A stretch of 64,000 nucleotides of DNA from a virus. The translations under genes and the position numbers were made by a program. Position 1 is the stretch's first letter. Each line of letters starts with the position of its first letter. The notes below the pieces were generated by a model that saw only the letters and a program-made list of their open reading frames with translations, ran no database searches and had not been told where the DNA came from. Shown here piece by piece: positions 1 through 9,628 of this stretch. The stretch lies in IMG/VR virus record IMGVR_UViG_3300040751_002535; one strand, given 5' to 3'.

Positions 1-153
1 AGACACACTTGGTGTGGTAAAACATACAATCCTGAGAAAGTAAGCTACTGGGATCTTCCTTGGGAGATCGAAGCACACGGACGAGAAACTGGATTGTTTG
101 TACGCTGGGCAGAAAAAGAACGTGTTGCTCACTTAAAATGGACACAACTATAG
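1..153 (+). CDS. partial CDS (3' end), putative phage zincin-like metallopeptidase C-terminus
   Basis: Frame 1 reads ...KVSYWDLPWEIEAHGRE...KWTQL* ; YxxxPWEIEA is typical of the tail of phage HExxH-type proteins; 5' part lies outside the window. Confidence 0.45.
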   Translation, partial: RHTWCGKTYNPEKVSYWDLPWEIEAHGRETGLFVRWAEKERVAHLKWTQL

Positions 154-154
154 G

Positions 155-182
155 TTGACGTTAAATCAAAATACACTATATT
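155..182 (+). promoter_or_regulatory. sigma70-like promoter for the R-M pair
   Basis: TTGACG (155-160), 16 nt, TATATT (177-182). Confidence 0.6.
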
Positions 183-211
183 AATACTAAGGCAAAACAG
201 AAAGGTACCAC

Positions 212-718
212 ATGTCACAACGTGTAAACAACTTTAAAGGCGGCATCCAATCAGGTACAACTGCATTAGATGCAGATAGTTCCAAACTTGATAAACAACT
301 TAAAGAATCTAGAGATAATATTCGAGTACCTGATCTTAAGATGATCAAACAGTTTTCTTATGAAGATAAAATAAAATATGTTGGCGACAACTGTTTTGGA
401 TTTGCACCAGATGGCGGCGCATGGTTCAAAGGCGACAAACTAGTAGCAGTATTTGAAGCCAAGAAACAAGGACTTGGCGGCAATGCATACGAACGTTGGT
501 GGGACAATGCTTGTACAGCAAAACATATTAATCCAGATGTAGTATATGTAACATTTTGCAGCGGCCCGGGCTCTGCACAAGGACAATGTTTAGATAATCT
601 CCGGCGCAAAGCAAACATTATGTTAGGCGAAAACTTCAAGTTTTATATGTCACCCGAAGGCTTTACATTTGATCAAGTTAGTGCTATAATGCAAGAAACA
701 TTGGAAGGAACGTTATGA
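212..718 (+). CDS. EcoRI/MunI-like type II restriction endonuclease (PD-(D/E)XK), compact
   Basis: PDGG...FEAKKQG...GNAYER matches EcoRI PDGG...AEAKHQG...GNAIER; ATGA overlap with the MTase gene. Confidence 0.75.
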   Translation: MSQRVNNFKGGIQSGTTALDADSSKLDKQLKESRDNIRVPDLKMIKQFSYEDKIKYVGDNCFGFAPDGGAWFKGDKLVAVFEAKKQGLGGNAYERWWDNACTAKHINPDVVYVTFCSGPGSAQGQCLDNLRRKANIMLGENFKFYMSPEGFTFDQVSAIMQETLEGTL

Positions 719-1653
719 AACCATTATACATGTGGGCAGGCGGAAAAAACAAAATGATACCCAAATATTTGGATAACCCAGGTATTCCAACTAGTGGCTA
801 CGACACATTTGTTGAGCCATTTTTTGGTGGCGGAGCAATGACTATTTGGGTATATGAAAACTGTCCGGATGTAAAAAGGTTTGTTATCAATGATGTTAAA
901 GAAGAACTAGTTGGTATTTACAACGCTATTAAAAATGATGTTGATAACTTTATTAAACGTATGGATGCACTCGAAGCACAATATATTCCTTTAGATAAAG
1001 CCAAACGCAAAGAATGGTTTTACAATCTTCGTACACCATATGCAACCAATGTACACAACTGGACTACTACAGAAGAAAGTGCTACACTTTACTTCCTAAT
1101 GAAAACAGCATTTAATGGTATTTGGCAAACTACCAAACGTGCAAATGGTAGATTTGATACACCATTTGGATTAGGTAATCAAAAGACAACAGTGTATGAC
1201 AAAGAAAATGTAATAGAATGGCATACATTTTTACAGAAAGTAGATGTTTATTGTGGAGACTGGAAAGTGGCAAGCGATGCAGTAGCAGGCGAACGTGCGT
1301 TTTTCTTTTATGATCCGCCATATAGAGATAGCTTTACAAGTTATGGTGAAGGATTTACAGATGCAGATCATCAAACTTTAATCGAGTATTGTGTACAAAA
1401 AGATCTACAAGGCGATATTGTATTTTATTGTAATAGAGATGATGCACAAGACGGATTCTTTGATACACACAAAGCACATTTGAACGATAGTTACTTTGAT
1501 ATAAAATATACAGCTGGACGTAGAGCTACTGAAAAAGACGAAGATGGCAACGACACTCGTACAGCAAAAGCAGCCAAAGAGATACTATTGCATTCAACAA
1601 TAGTAAAATCTGCTGATGTATTTGCCAATGGATTATGTGAAGTAGTTGGTTGA
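715..1653 (+). CDS. N6-adenine DNA methyltransferase, Dam/D12 (alpha) family
   Basis: WAGGK, EPFFGGG (motif I), IND, FNG...F.TPFG hairpin, DPPY (motif IV). Confidence 0.92.
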   Translation: MKPLYMWAGGKNKMIPKYLDNPGIPTSGYDTFVEPFFGGGAMTIWVYENCPDVKRFVINDVKEELVGIYNAIKNDVDNFIKRMDALEAQYIPLDKAKRKEWFYNLRTPYATNVHNWTTTEESATLYFLMKTAFNGIWQTTKRANGRFDTPFGLGNQKTTVYDKENVIEWHTFLQKVDVYCGDWKVASDAVAGERAFFFYDPPYRDSFTSYGEGFTDADHQTLIEYCVQKDLQGDIVFYCNRDDAQDGFFDTHKAHLNDSYFDIKYTAGRRATEKDEDGNDTRTAKAAKEILLHSTIVKSADVFANGLCEVVG

Positions 1654-1678
1654 CAAGTGTGTGCCTGTATGCTATAAA
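1650..1678 (+). promoter_or_regulatory. sigma70-like early promoter
   Basis: TTGACA, 17 nt, TATAAA with TGn extension. Confidence 0.7.
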
Positions 1679-1710
1679 AGTGTATAGGCACAAACACACA
1701 GAGGCACACC

Positions 1711-2457
1711 ATGTTCGCAGAAGTTAAAAACGGATACGTACACAAGGACGCAGTTCCAATGAAAACTGTTAAACTTACAGAAGCACTTGCTGTCGCATAT
1801 GCAGCTTACCGTATCAACAACAACACTTATACCAAAGACACTCGTCGCTTTAGCTGTGACGAAAACAAGACACAGTTTGACAACAAGAGTCTTGTGCGTT
1901 ACTATTGGGAAAAGAAGCTGGATACCGCAGACGCAAAGTATCTTCCTACAGACTTTGAAATGTTCGAACCTACTGAAGAAGACTATGCAAGTGTGCAAGA
2001 AGCACTCAAGTGGATGAAACGTTATGTGATGCTTGGACTAGGCGAGCTAGACAGCTTCAAAGCAGACATGGTAAAAGAACTGTCGCAAGATGAAGTGCCA
2101 TTCAAAGGCATGGGTCGTATTGCTTTTGCTCCAGAGTTTATTGCTCGCGATCAACACGAAAGCAATCTTAAGAAAGAGATCCGTGTAGAGTATCGCGACA
2201 GCAAACATCTAGGTGCAGAGAAAGATAGTGTAGAAGCAGTGATTGCTATCCTTGACAAGCGTTACAGCGCACAGTGGGAGAGCTACAACTACACTGCGGT
2301 TACTACAGAAGGTAACCTAGTGAGCTTTATGAACAAGTTTGCATACGATGTAGGTGCTATGCTACGTTGTAAGGCTAAGGTAAAAGCACAGACTAAGAAC
2401 AAGTTGTTCGAAGCAAACGAAACTCGTCTAAACTATGTAAGACTCTATAAGGTATAA
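1711..2457 (+). CDS. hypothetical phage protein, possible C-terminal OB-fold
   Basis: 248-aa ORF with GAGG RBS; beta-rich C-terminus ending ETRLNYV. Confidence 0.6.
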   Translation: MFAEVKNGYVHKDAVPMKTVKLTEALAVAYAAYRINNNTYTKDTRRFSCDENKTQFDNKSLVRYYWEKKLDTADAKYLPTDFEMFEPTEEDYASVQEALKWMKRYVMLGLGELDSFKADMVKELSQDEVPFKGMGRIAFAPEFIARDQHESNLKKEIRVEYRDSKHLGAEKDSVEAVIAILDKRYSAQWESYNYTAVTTEGNLVSFMNKFAYDVGAMLRCKAKVKAQTKNKLFEANETRLNYVRLYKV

Positions 2458-2478
2458 AAATATGAAGGACGATTACTA

Positions 2479-2691
2479 ATGGATTTTTTTACAGCGGCAC
2501 ACGGTATTCTATTACTAACAGCAGTGGTTTTTACTGTATTCGGTGCCTACGTTGGTCGTAGATCTCAAACAGAAGAGATTGTAGAAGCTACACTTGATAG
2601 CTTGATCGAAGATGGTTATATTAAAACAGAAGGCCGCGGTGCCAACATGGAAATCATTAGATGGCAAGAATGGTGCAACAAAAATGATTAA
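2479..2691 (+). CDS. small membrane protein
   Basis: N-terminal hydrophobic helix; AAGGA RBS. Confidence 0.6.
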   Translation: MDFFTAAHGILLLTAVVFTVFGAYVGRRSQTEEIVEATLDSLIEDGYIKTEGRGANMEIIRWQEWCNKND

Positions 2692-3280
2692 ACTGCAAGG
2701 TAAACTTCCTCGTAGGGTGTATCTAGCCTGTAGTGGTGGTGTTGACAGCATGGCTGCACTAGACTTTCTAAGACGCAATCACGATGTACATGTACTACAT
2801 TTTGATCACGGAACCGAACATGGTCGACAAGCAAAGGAGTTTGTAGAACAATACTGTATGCGTAGAGGTATTCCTATTACCACAGGCGAAATACATGGTA
2901 CAGTACCTCCGGGTCCTAGCAGAGAAGAATGGTGGAGAGAACAGCGTTATGCTTTCCTCGACAAGTTTTCTGGAAACACCATTATTACTTGTCATCACTT
3001 GGATGATTGTGTGGAAACTTGGGTGTGGAGCAGTATGCATGGCACAGGCAAATGGATCCCGTATCGTCGAAACTATGTAGTACGACCGTTTCGTCTCACT
3101 CGCAAAAGAGATTTAGAAATGTGGTGTCGTTTAAACAATGTACCGTGGATTGAGGATGACAGTAATGAAGATATCCATTATACTCGTAACTATATTCGAC
3201 ATGAAATGATGCCAAACGTATTAAGAGTTAATCCAGGTATTCATAAAACTATTGCAAAAAAGGTTAAGGAAGATGAGTAA
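2684..3280 (+). CDS. tilS: tRNA(Ile)-lysidine synthetase-like PP-loop ATPase (catalytic domain only)
   Basis: ACSGGVDSM PP-loop, HFDHG, RY, HHLDD..ET, D.SN...Y.RN.IRH; start refined to ATG 2684. Confidence 0.85.
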   Translation: MIKLQGKLPRRVYLACSGGVDSMAALDFLRRNHDVHVLHFDHGTEHGRQAKEFVEQYCMRRGIPITTGEIHGTVPPGPSREEWWREQRYAFLDKFSGNTIITCHHLDDCVETWVWSSMHGTGKWIPYRRNYVVRPFRLTRKRDLEMWCRLNNVPWIEDDSNEDIHYTRNYIRHEMMPNVLRVNPGIHKTIAKKVKEDE

Positions 3281-3283
3281 AAG

Positions 3284-3490
3284 TTGTGGAGAAGAAGCGT
3301 GTACGCAGTAATGGTATGTCTTGACGGCAAAGATGATTGGATTTATGTTACGAAACAAACAGAGCATTGCTGGGACTTACAGCCCGAACTGTTTGAAGAT
3401 GCACATGAAGCAATGGAGTTTGCACAAAGATTTCAACTCCCAGATAAACCTGAAAACGTAATGGTGGTAGATTATTATGAAGATCCATAA
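3284..3490 (+). CDS. hypothetical protein
   Basis: ORF within the gene string; true start may be GTG 3299. Confidence 0.5.
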   Translation: MWRRSVYAVMVCLDGKDDWIYVTKQTEHCWDLQPELFEDAHEAMEFAQRFQLPDKPENVMVVDYYEDP

Positions 3491-3506
3491 GGTTATCGCA
3501 AACGAG

Positions 3507-3512
3507 TAAATA
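3507..3512 (+). promoter_or_regulatory. T4-like late promoter core (TAAATA)
   Basis: Intergenic TAAATA upstream of GGGAG RBS and ATG 3539. Confidence 0.5.
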
Positions 3513-3538
3513 CAAGTCATAACATAGGGAGTACTAAT

Positions 3539-3748
3539 ATGGCACGACATGACTATATGGGCTTTTCAGAAACGCTCGAAGAAGACGACTATGGACTTAT
3601 TATAGACAAGAATGGAAATATAAAAGGCATCTGGGTGCCAAAACATTTGGAAGATGTAGAACAGCTTCCTTCAAGTATTGTACATGCTTGTAAACTTTAT
3701 TTTGATGTTGACCCAAATGACGAAAGCAACTATCAAACATTACATTAG
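3539..3748 (+). CDS. hypothetical acidic protein
   Basis: GGGAG RBS, 69 aa. Confidence 0.6.
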   Translation: MARHDYMGFSETLEEDDYGLIIDKNGNIKGIWVPKHLEDVEQLPSSIVHACKLYFDVDPNDESNYQTLH

Positions 3749-3756
3749 AGGTTTTA

Positions 3757-3996
3757 ATGACACCACAAGAAATAGCTGAATACAAACAGCGTTGGATGAG
3801 CACAGGAAATACCAATCCTGTGCGACTTCACAGTGACTTGGATACACAAGGTAAAACTTGGTGTAGAAGGAACTTGGAGAGACATCAATGGAGCATGACA
3901 ACATGGACAGATGTTTACGAACATACTTTCTTTTTTGAAAGCAAAGAACATGCATTACAGTTCGAACAACAATGGCCAAGATTTATCAATCAATAG
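3757..3996 (+). CDS. hypothetical protein
   Basis: GAGG RBS, 79 aa. Confidence 0.65.
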   Translation: MTPQEIAEYKQRWMSTGNTNPVRLHSDLDTQGKTWCRRNLERHQWSMTTWTDVYEHTFFFESKEHALQFEQQWPRFINQ

Positions 3997-4025
3997 TTGA
4001 CAAATATAAAAATAAAAGTTATAAT
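3997..4025 (+). promoter_or_regulatory. consensus sigma70 promoter
   Basis: Perfect TTGACA, 17 nt, TATAAT. Confidence 0.85.
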
Positions 4026-4054
4026 GATTAGTAATAACAAGGAGTGCATTCCAT

Positions 4055-4342
4055 ATGGAAGAAAACTTAACTAAGACAGAAGCAGTCGGTAGATTAATCA
4101 GCTTGGCCAAAGAAGTTGAGATTAGAGATCCTATTGACTGGAAGAGAATGAAGGTAACCGAAGAGCAAGTATTTGAAGTAATGGCAGCAAATGTCATTGA
4201 TCAACTTTTTAGTATACCAGAAGACCATCGAACAACAGTAGCAATGGCTACTATGACAAAGTTACTTGTAGAAAACTTTGTATTATCAACTAAACTAGCA
4301 GAAGAAAGAGAAAAAAATGCCATTAGTACCAATCGTAGTTGA
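4055..4342 (+). CDS. hypothetical protein
   Basis: AAGGAG RBS, 95 aa, predicted helical. Confidence 0.65.
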   Translation: MEENLTKTEAVGRLISLAKEVEIRDPIDWKRMKVTEEQVFEVMAANVIDQLFSIPEDHRTTVAMATMTKLLVENFVLSTKLAEEREKNAISTNRS

Positions 4343-4934
4343 ATCAGAAGCAAAAGGCGAACGTTCATACGACATTTACAGCCGTTTGATGAAAGACCGT
4401 ATTATTATGTTAAACGGTGTAGTAGAAGACAACATGGCTAACTTGATTGTAGCACAGATGTTGTATCTTGAAAGCGTTAATCCTGACAAAGACATTAACT
4501 TGTATATCAACTCGCCGGGCGGTGCCGTAACAGCAGGACTTGCTATTTACGACACTATGCAGTTTATCAAATGTGATGTGCGTACTATTGTAATGGGTCA
4601 GGCATGTAGTATGGGTAGTTTCCTTGCACAAGCAGGTACAGCAGGAAAACGTACTGTACTGCCAGAGTCACGCACAATGATCCATAGAGTGTCAAGTGGC
4701 ACACGAGGAACCAGCGGAAGTGTACACGTACAAGAACTACAGTTTGAAGATGCAAAACGAGCATACGAAGAGTCGCAAAAGATCAACAAGCGCCTTACAG
4801 AGCTTTATGTTAAGCATAACACCGCCGGTAAGCAGTACGACGAACTATTTGAAACTATGAAGTTTGATACATTCCTTACAGCACAAGAAGCTGTTGAACA
4901 CGGACTTGCTGATAAGGTAGTTGAGCATAGATGA
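4317..4934 (+). CDS. clpP: ATP-dependent Clp protease proteolytic subunit
   Basis: [25 protein letters not shown] (catalytic Ser), MIH (His), DTFLTA (Asp). Confidence 0.95.
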   Translation: MPLVPIVVESEAKGERSYDIYSRLMKDRIIMLNGVVEDNMANLIVAQMLYLESVNPDKDINLYINSPGGAVTAGLAIYDTMQFIKCDVRTIVMGQACSMGSFLAQAGTAGKRTVLPESRTMIHRVSSGTRGTSGSVHVQELQFEDAKRAYEESQKINKRLTELYVKHNTAGKQYDELFETMKFDTFLTAQEAVEHGLADKVVEHR

Positions 4935-5554
4935 AGTTTAGCTGTCCAATAGATTTTCATTTACCAACACAGAAGTTGCATGATATCTATTGGAATGAGT
5001 TTGGATACAAGCTCGATGACAGAACACTTTACAAAGACGACAAAAGAATAATGCCAGTGGTTACAGGATTTTTAATCACTGGCAAAGACATCAAATGGCC
5101 AGTGCAATCATTGTTGGATGCTCTTGATATTGAGTTACAAACTGCTAGACTATTTGTAACCAATCCACACTGTAAGTTACAGATACACAAAGATTGTTTA
5201 GCTCAATCAAAAGAACTTCGTTCGTGGGCTATTAATATTCCTATTGCAAACTGCGACTTGGGTATAAATGAATGGTTTGAAGATCACAACAACGACTTTG
5301 GTACAGAGCAGTTTGCACCAGGCGGCAGTTCTATAATGCCAGAATACTTTGACAACAACTACATTGTAAGTGAGTCAATGGTGTTAAATAGCATACAACT
5401 GATTAAAACAGATGTATTTCACAGAAGCAACAACACAGGCAATGATAACCGTAGAGTTGTTTTAAGTTTAAGAGGAAAGCCCGATGTAACTTGGGCAGAT
5501 ATATTGGAGAAAGTAAATGTCTACAACAGAAGACGTGCAGAAGACAATAGCTGA
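4931..5554 (+). CDS. 2OG-Fe(II) oxygenase/cupin-like protein
   Basis: IHKD...AINIP...FH...R.VLSLR double-stranded beta-helix pattern. Confidence 0.55.
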   Translation: MKFSCPIDFHLPTQKLHDIYWNEFGYKLDDRTLYKDDKRIMPVVTGFLITGKDIKWPVQSLLDALDIELQTARLFVTNPHCKLQIHKDCLAQSKELRSWAINIPIANCDLGINEWFEDHNNDFGTEQFAPGGSSIMPEYFDNNYIVSESMVLNSIQLIKTDVFHRSNNTGNDNRRVVLSLRGKPDVTWADILEKVNVYNRRRAEDNS

Positions 5555-5867
5555 TTTAAAAGGTGTGCCCACACGTCAAGAACTACTTGACCTATTAGGT
5601 GACGAAATAGTAAATGTAACATTTGACAAACTCAGCGGCGATGAGCGTACTATGAAGTGTACACTTATACCCAGCATGTTACCAGCAGCACAGCGTGAAG
5701 ACAAACTAAGTCAAACTAAGATACGCAACTTGGAAGACAAGGTGTTTGTGGTATGGGCTATAGATATTGAGCCTAATGCTTGGCGTAGCTTCCGTTATGA
5801 CAGGGTTAAAAAGGTTGAAGTTGATTTTCTGTTTGGCAACGGAACCGAGGATGGAGCAAACTACTAA
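5517..5867 (+). CDS. WYL_2/Sm-like SH3 beta-barrel protein
   Basis: VTFDK.SGDERTMKCTL...WRSFR motif. Confidence 0.7.
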   Translation: MSTTEDVQKTIADLKGVPTRQELLDLLGDEIVNVTFDKLSGDERTMKCTLIPSMLPAAQREDKLSQTKIRNLEDKVFVVWAIDIEPNAWRSFRYDRVKKVEVDFLFGNGTEDGANY

Positions 5868-6403
5868 TGTTAAATCCTGTAAAACTTGACTACGACTTTG
5901 ACGTATTTTTAAATGCCGACTACAGTGTACACGAAGGCAGTTGTATTGCACACCAAGTACATGAGCTACAGGATGTTCACGAAGAACACGGTGGCTTTCC
6001 AGACAGTTACGAACGCAGCAACACATTGATTAGACAGTTGTGGTTTGACGAAACGCAAGTGGACTACAAAGAGTTTGAACGCCAGTTGGGCATTGAAGTT
6101 GTAACAGTTAGCACAGTACTACAACCACCCGGTAATGTTATTCCTATTCACAGAGATACATTCTTCCAAATCAACAAACGTTATCCGGATGATACACGTT
6201 TAAAGGTTCGTGCTAATATGTACTTGCAAGATTGGAAAGTTGGACATCTTATACAATATCAAGAGCATGATAAAACTTGGCACAACAGCACACATTGGAG
6301 TGCAGGAGATGGATATATTTGGGATCACAACCATTTGCATCTAAGTGCCAATGCTGGAATGGCTGACAAATACACTCTACAAATCTCAGGTTTTTTAAAA
6401 TAA
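5867..6403 (+). CDS. 2OG-Fe(II) oxygenase/cupin-like protein
   Basis: PGNVIPIHRD...W.AGD...HLSANAG...YTLQISG. Confidence 0.6.
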   Translation: MLNPVKLDYDFDVFLNADYSVHEGSCIAHQVHELQDVHEEHGGFPDSYERSNTLIRQLWFDETQVDYKEFERQLGIEVVTVSTVLQPPGNVIPIHRDTFFQINKRYPDDTRLKVRANMYLQDWKVGHLIQYQEHDKTWHNSTHWSAGDGYIWDHNHLHLSANAGMADKYTLQISGFLK

Positions 6404-6407
6404 TAGG

Positions 6408-6443
6408 TTGACATCTTATTAAGAGTAATGTATATTATAAATA
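6408..6443 (+). promoter_or_regulatory. overlapping sigma70 and T4-like late promoter
   Basis: TTGACA, 17 nt, TATATT (6431-6436), plus TATAAATA (6436-6443). Confidence 0.7.
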
Positions 6444-6468
6444 TAGGCACACAGAGAAAGGCACTATC

Positions 6469-6969
6469 ATGAAAAACTTATTACTTGCTACAACTATTGC
6501 TATTGTAACTTCATCTGCTGCGGTAGCTGATGTTGTAAGAGCACGTATTACACATGTTGAACCACGCTACGAAACAGTTTACAATAATGTACCCACAACA
6601 CAATGTCAAGACGTTGAAGTTCCGGTTTATGGACGCACAGGCGGCGGTGCTACAGGTGGTGATGTACTAGGTGGTATGATCATTGGTGGATTGCTTGGCA
6701 AAGGTGCTACTGGTAAGGATGATGGCGCAGCTATTGGCGCTATTCTCGGAGGTATGGTAGCAGCTGACAACAACAACGGTCGAAGAGTTATCACAGGATA
6801 TCAGATTCAACGTCAGTGCAACGAAGTGTATGAAACACGTCAAGTACGCCAGATAAAAAACTATCTTATTAGGTTTGAATGGAACGGCCATTACGGACAA
6901 GCATACACATACAACAACTATCGTGTAGGTGATCGTATTGATGCAACTGTTAGTGTAACAGCAAACTAA
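6469..6969 (+). CDS. exported glycine-zipper 2TM protein (YcfJ-like)
   Basis: Signal peptide; GxxxG zipper LGGMIIGGLLG...GAAIGAILGG flanked by a Cys pair. Confidence 0.75.
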   Translation: MKNLLLATTIAIVTSSAAVADVVRARITHVEPRYETVYNNVPTTQCQDVEVPVYGRTGGGATGGDVLGGMIIGGLLGKGATGKDDGAAIGAILGGMVAADNNNGRRVITGYQIQRQCNEVYETRQVRQIKNYLIRFEWNGHYGQAYTYNNYRVGDRIDATVSVTAN

Positions 6970-7181
6970 TGAGTAGTTTTAAAATAGATGAAATGCTGGA
7001 GTTGTTGTACAAGATTGACAGTCGCTTGGATATCATTGAAAAATATCTTCACTTTGAAGATGAAGAAGTTGCAAGTATTCTAGATGAACTTATACAAGAA
7101 GAGCAAGACAACATAAACTCTAAACCAAAACTTGTTATTGTTGAGAATGATAAGATTGTAGAGTTTCCAACGAACGACTAA
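6969..7181 (+). CDS. hypothetical acidic protein
   Basis: TAATG translational coupling, 70 aa. Confidence 0.55.
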   Translation: MSSFKIDEMLELLYKIDSRLDIIEKYLHFEDEEVASILDELIQEEQDNINSKPKLVIVENDKIVEFPTND

Positions 7182-7932
7182 GACAGTTACGTTTGTTGTT
7201 GTCTAGCCCAAAAAGAACACAGTCGCTCTGAGTTAGATTGTGTTCTTCACAAAGTTTTATTTGATTGATCCTATATTTTTGAAATATCCAATCACTTGTA
7301 AACTTGTTCATTAGGTCAAGATGTAAAAGCATACTTGAATGATTTAGATAAAAATGTTTGTTTGTGACACTTGCAGGTGATGAATATGGCTCAGTTGTAT
7401 ACACAACTCCACATCTTATATGTCCTGTGTTGAATGCTTTGCTAAAACTAAATGCTACATGAGTAATGCAAGAATGTGTTAGATCAAGTTTACCCAAACT
7501 CACACCTGCTAAACAAGCATCAACAAATACATCTATACCCCATTTTATACAATGCTGGATAATATCATTCCAATCTTTGTGCGGATTACCTGTGGCAGCA
7601 AATGGATAGCTTATGATAAGTCTACTACCAAACGGAATATCTTTGTAGTTGGATATTGGAATACCAATATCCTTATGATAACTGTATTCTCCGTTTAGCA
7701 CATAACACCGTTCTCTATACACTTCGTTGAATGCTTCAGTTACACCAGCAGTTACATAACCGTATTTGAATGAGTCTAGACCAACTAATCTAAATGTGGT
7801 ATTTTTAATCCATTCTCGATGCTGTTTTACAAAAACTTGCGGCGCATATATTTTATTTAGATGTATCTCTCTAGCATTAATAAACTCTTTGATTGAGTTA
7901 TCATGTATAGGTATTGCTTTACTACTAAACAT
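7135..7932 (-). CDS. PLP-dependent transferase-like protein (fold type I)
   Basis: GVTEAF, ISYPF...GN, VDAC, FSFSKAF...RCG (Schiff-base Lys motif). Confidence 0.65.
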   Translation of the reverse strand: MFSSKAIPIHDNSIKEFINAREIHLNKIYAPQVFVKQHREWIKNTTFRLVGLDSFKYGYVTAGVTEAFNEVYRERCYVLNGEYSYHKDIGIPISNYKDIPFGSRLIISYPFAATGNPHKDWNDIIQHCIKWGIDVFVDACLAGVSLGKLDLTHSCITHVAFSFSKAFNTGHIRCGVVYTTEPYSSPASVTNKHFYLNHSSMLLHLDLMNKFTSDWIFQKYRINQIKLCEEHNLTQSDCVLFGLDNNKRNCLSRSLETLQSYHSQQ

Positions 7933-8632
7933 CTACCACCTGCGCTTTGAAAAAGTTAAAGAACCCTGTGAGTGTTAATCTTACATTCTCACCAGCATCC
8001 TTGTCTACCCTAGTTATACCATGTACTACGTTCTTGTTTATCAACACAAGTCTATTGGGTTTGGGTGCTACAAAATAGCCCATGCCGTGTTCAATCAACC
8101 CTTTTTGTTTTTCTGCTTGCTCAAACATTTCCAATGTGCCTGTATTACGATACGTATCTTGTTGTTTAGTACCTGGTAACTTGCGCATGATTTGTTTGTA
8201 TTCTACACTGTCTTTGGGTAACACCAACAACATACTGTCCCAGTTGATTTGCCAATGTTTGTGCAAGTAATAACTGTAAGTTACCCCGCCCATATCTGTA
8301 TGCCACGGATTTTTACTGCCTACAGGGTAACCATGACATCGCATAGCAATGTCTGTGTAGCCTGCTGTATAATCTTGAGCTTCTTCGCTGTCTGCAAATG
8401 TCTTTATAGCATCTGCCCATATGTCGTAGTTGTCGTTAAATGGCGCATCTCGGAGAAAGCGTTTGCTGGCTTTGTAGTTTGCACCATCGGTAATATGCCA
8501 ATATTTGTCGTCAGTCTGACTCTGTGTCCATTCGTCACACTGCACTTGATTGAACAATCTATCCCAACTCTCTTGTGGCAAGAAATCATCTACCACAAGC
8601 ACTTCGGGTGTTTTCATTACAACTTTATACAT
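7925..8632 (-). CDS. 2OG-Fe(II) oxygenase (prolyl-hydroxylase-like)
   Basis: VVDDFLP, WHTD, PKPNRLV, VHGITRV, R.TLTGF. Confidence 0.8.
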   Translation of the reverse strand: MYKVVMKTPEVLVVDDFLPQESWDRLFNQVQCDEWTQSQTDDKYWHITDGANYKASKRFLRDAPFNDNYDIWADAIKTFADSEEAQDYTAGYTDIAMRCHGYPVGSKNPWHTDMGGVTYSYYLHKHWQINWDSMLLVLPKDSVEYKQIMRKLPGTKQQDTYRNTGTLEMFEQAEKQKGLIEHGMGYFVAPKPNRLVLINKNVVHGITRVDKDAGENVRLTLTGFFNFFKAQVVDV

Positions 8633-9623
8633 ATGTTTCACATTTGCCTTCTCTAGTTAAATCTAATGTTACACAATGCAATCCACCATCCCAAAAGAAC
8701 TTGTGTCTAAAGTCAAAAGGAACCATTTCCACACCATGCTTTTTAAGTTGTGCTGCTACACCTGCATCGTATCCATTTGTAATAACCAACTCTGGCGATA
8801 CACTAACAACATTAACATCAAATATAGTTTCGTCTACATGTCCAATCCAGCTGTCTAACCATGTTGCTACATTTTTAGCACGTAATGGTTGCATACTTGC
8901 TTGCCAAAACTGTTCTGGAACGTTTTGCTTGGGTACTTGTATATAGTCCCAATGCTTGAGTTCGTCTGGTATCATTTCAGGTAACCAACACATAAGCAGC
9001 CCTGGTTTGATTAATGCTATTTTGCCATCAGCATGTCCGCTTTCGTGTAGTTGTATCCATTTAGCATCTATTTCATTCTTCATCCAATCTAGCCCTGCAT
9101 AGGTACCTCTACCAAACTGCCTTGTCATTGGATAACTGGTATCGTTGTATGGTGCAGTGTGTATCAGTGTGTCTCCGCATTTGAGTATGTTAGCAGCGTG
9201 ATACAGCGGAGTGCCTTCGTGTGCTACATAAGGTTGATAGAAACTTCCTAGCGTAGGAGTTGGCATAGCATTGTATTTTCTATCTAAACCAAATACGATA
9301 TCGTTGTAGTGCTCACGCTCGTAAAACCTATTAGGATCTCCTCCTATAGTGCCTACAACCTGATCACCGTATACAACATGCATATCACGTGGACACACAG
9401 CAGGATAACGGAAGTCGCCTTTGTATTCACATTTTGGTCTGTGTACTTTTACATCATAACTTTCAAATAACTCAGTTAACTTTACAAAGTCTTCTTCTGA
9501 TTCTTCAAAAATACGTTGTAGTCCGTTGCGAAACTCTATATCTTCTATGTGTGCTATATCATTTGGATCGTATACACGCCCAACAATGATTTCTTTTAGG
9601 GGATCCCATTCTGTCCATATCAT
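8625..9623 (-). CDS. amidinotransferase (glycine/inosamine-phosphate amidinotransferase family, pentein fold)
   Basis: TEWDPLKEIIVG, CPRD, GHADG, WDGGLHCVT (catalytic Cys). Confidence 0.85.
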   Translation of the reverse strand: MIWTEWDPLKEIIVGRVYDPNDIAHIEDIEFRNGLQRIFEESEEDFVKLTELFESYDVKVHRPKCEYKGDFRYPAVCPRDMHVVYGDQVVGTIGGDPNRFYEREHYNDIVFGLDRKYNAMPTPTLGSFYQPYVAHEGTPLYHAANILKCGDTLIHTAPYNDTSYPMTRQFGRGTYAGLDWMKNEIDAKWIQLHESGHADGKIALIKPGLLMCWLPEMIPDELKHWDYIQVPKQNVPEQFWQASMQPLRAKNVATWLDSWIGHVDETIFDVNVVSVSPELVITNGYDAGVAAQLKKHGVEMVPFDFRHKFFWDGGLHCVTLDLTREGKCETYV

Positions 9624-9628
9624 AATAT

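Noticed and set aside
715-1653. Calling the MTase a canonical GATC Dam
   Set aside because: The G-reading residues equivalent to EcoDam K9 and R124 are replaced by Met and Gln, and the gene is coupled to an EcoRI-like nuclease.
8625-9623. Amidinotransferase as archaeosine synthase acting with QueD (dG+ DNA modification)
   Set aside because: Its motifs are pentein-fold Gly/inosamine amidinotransferase, not ArcS, QueF-like or GAT-QueC, and no dpdA is seen.
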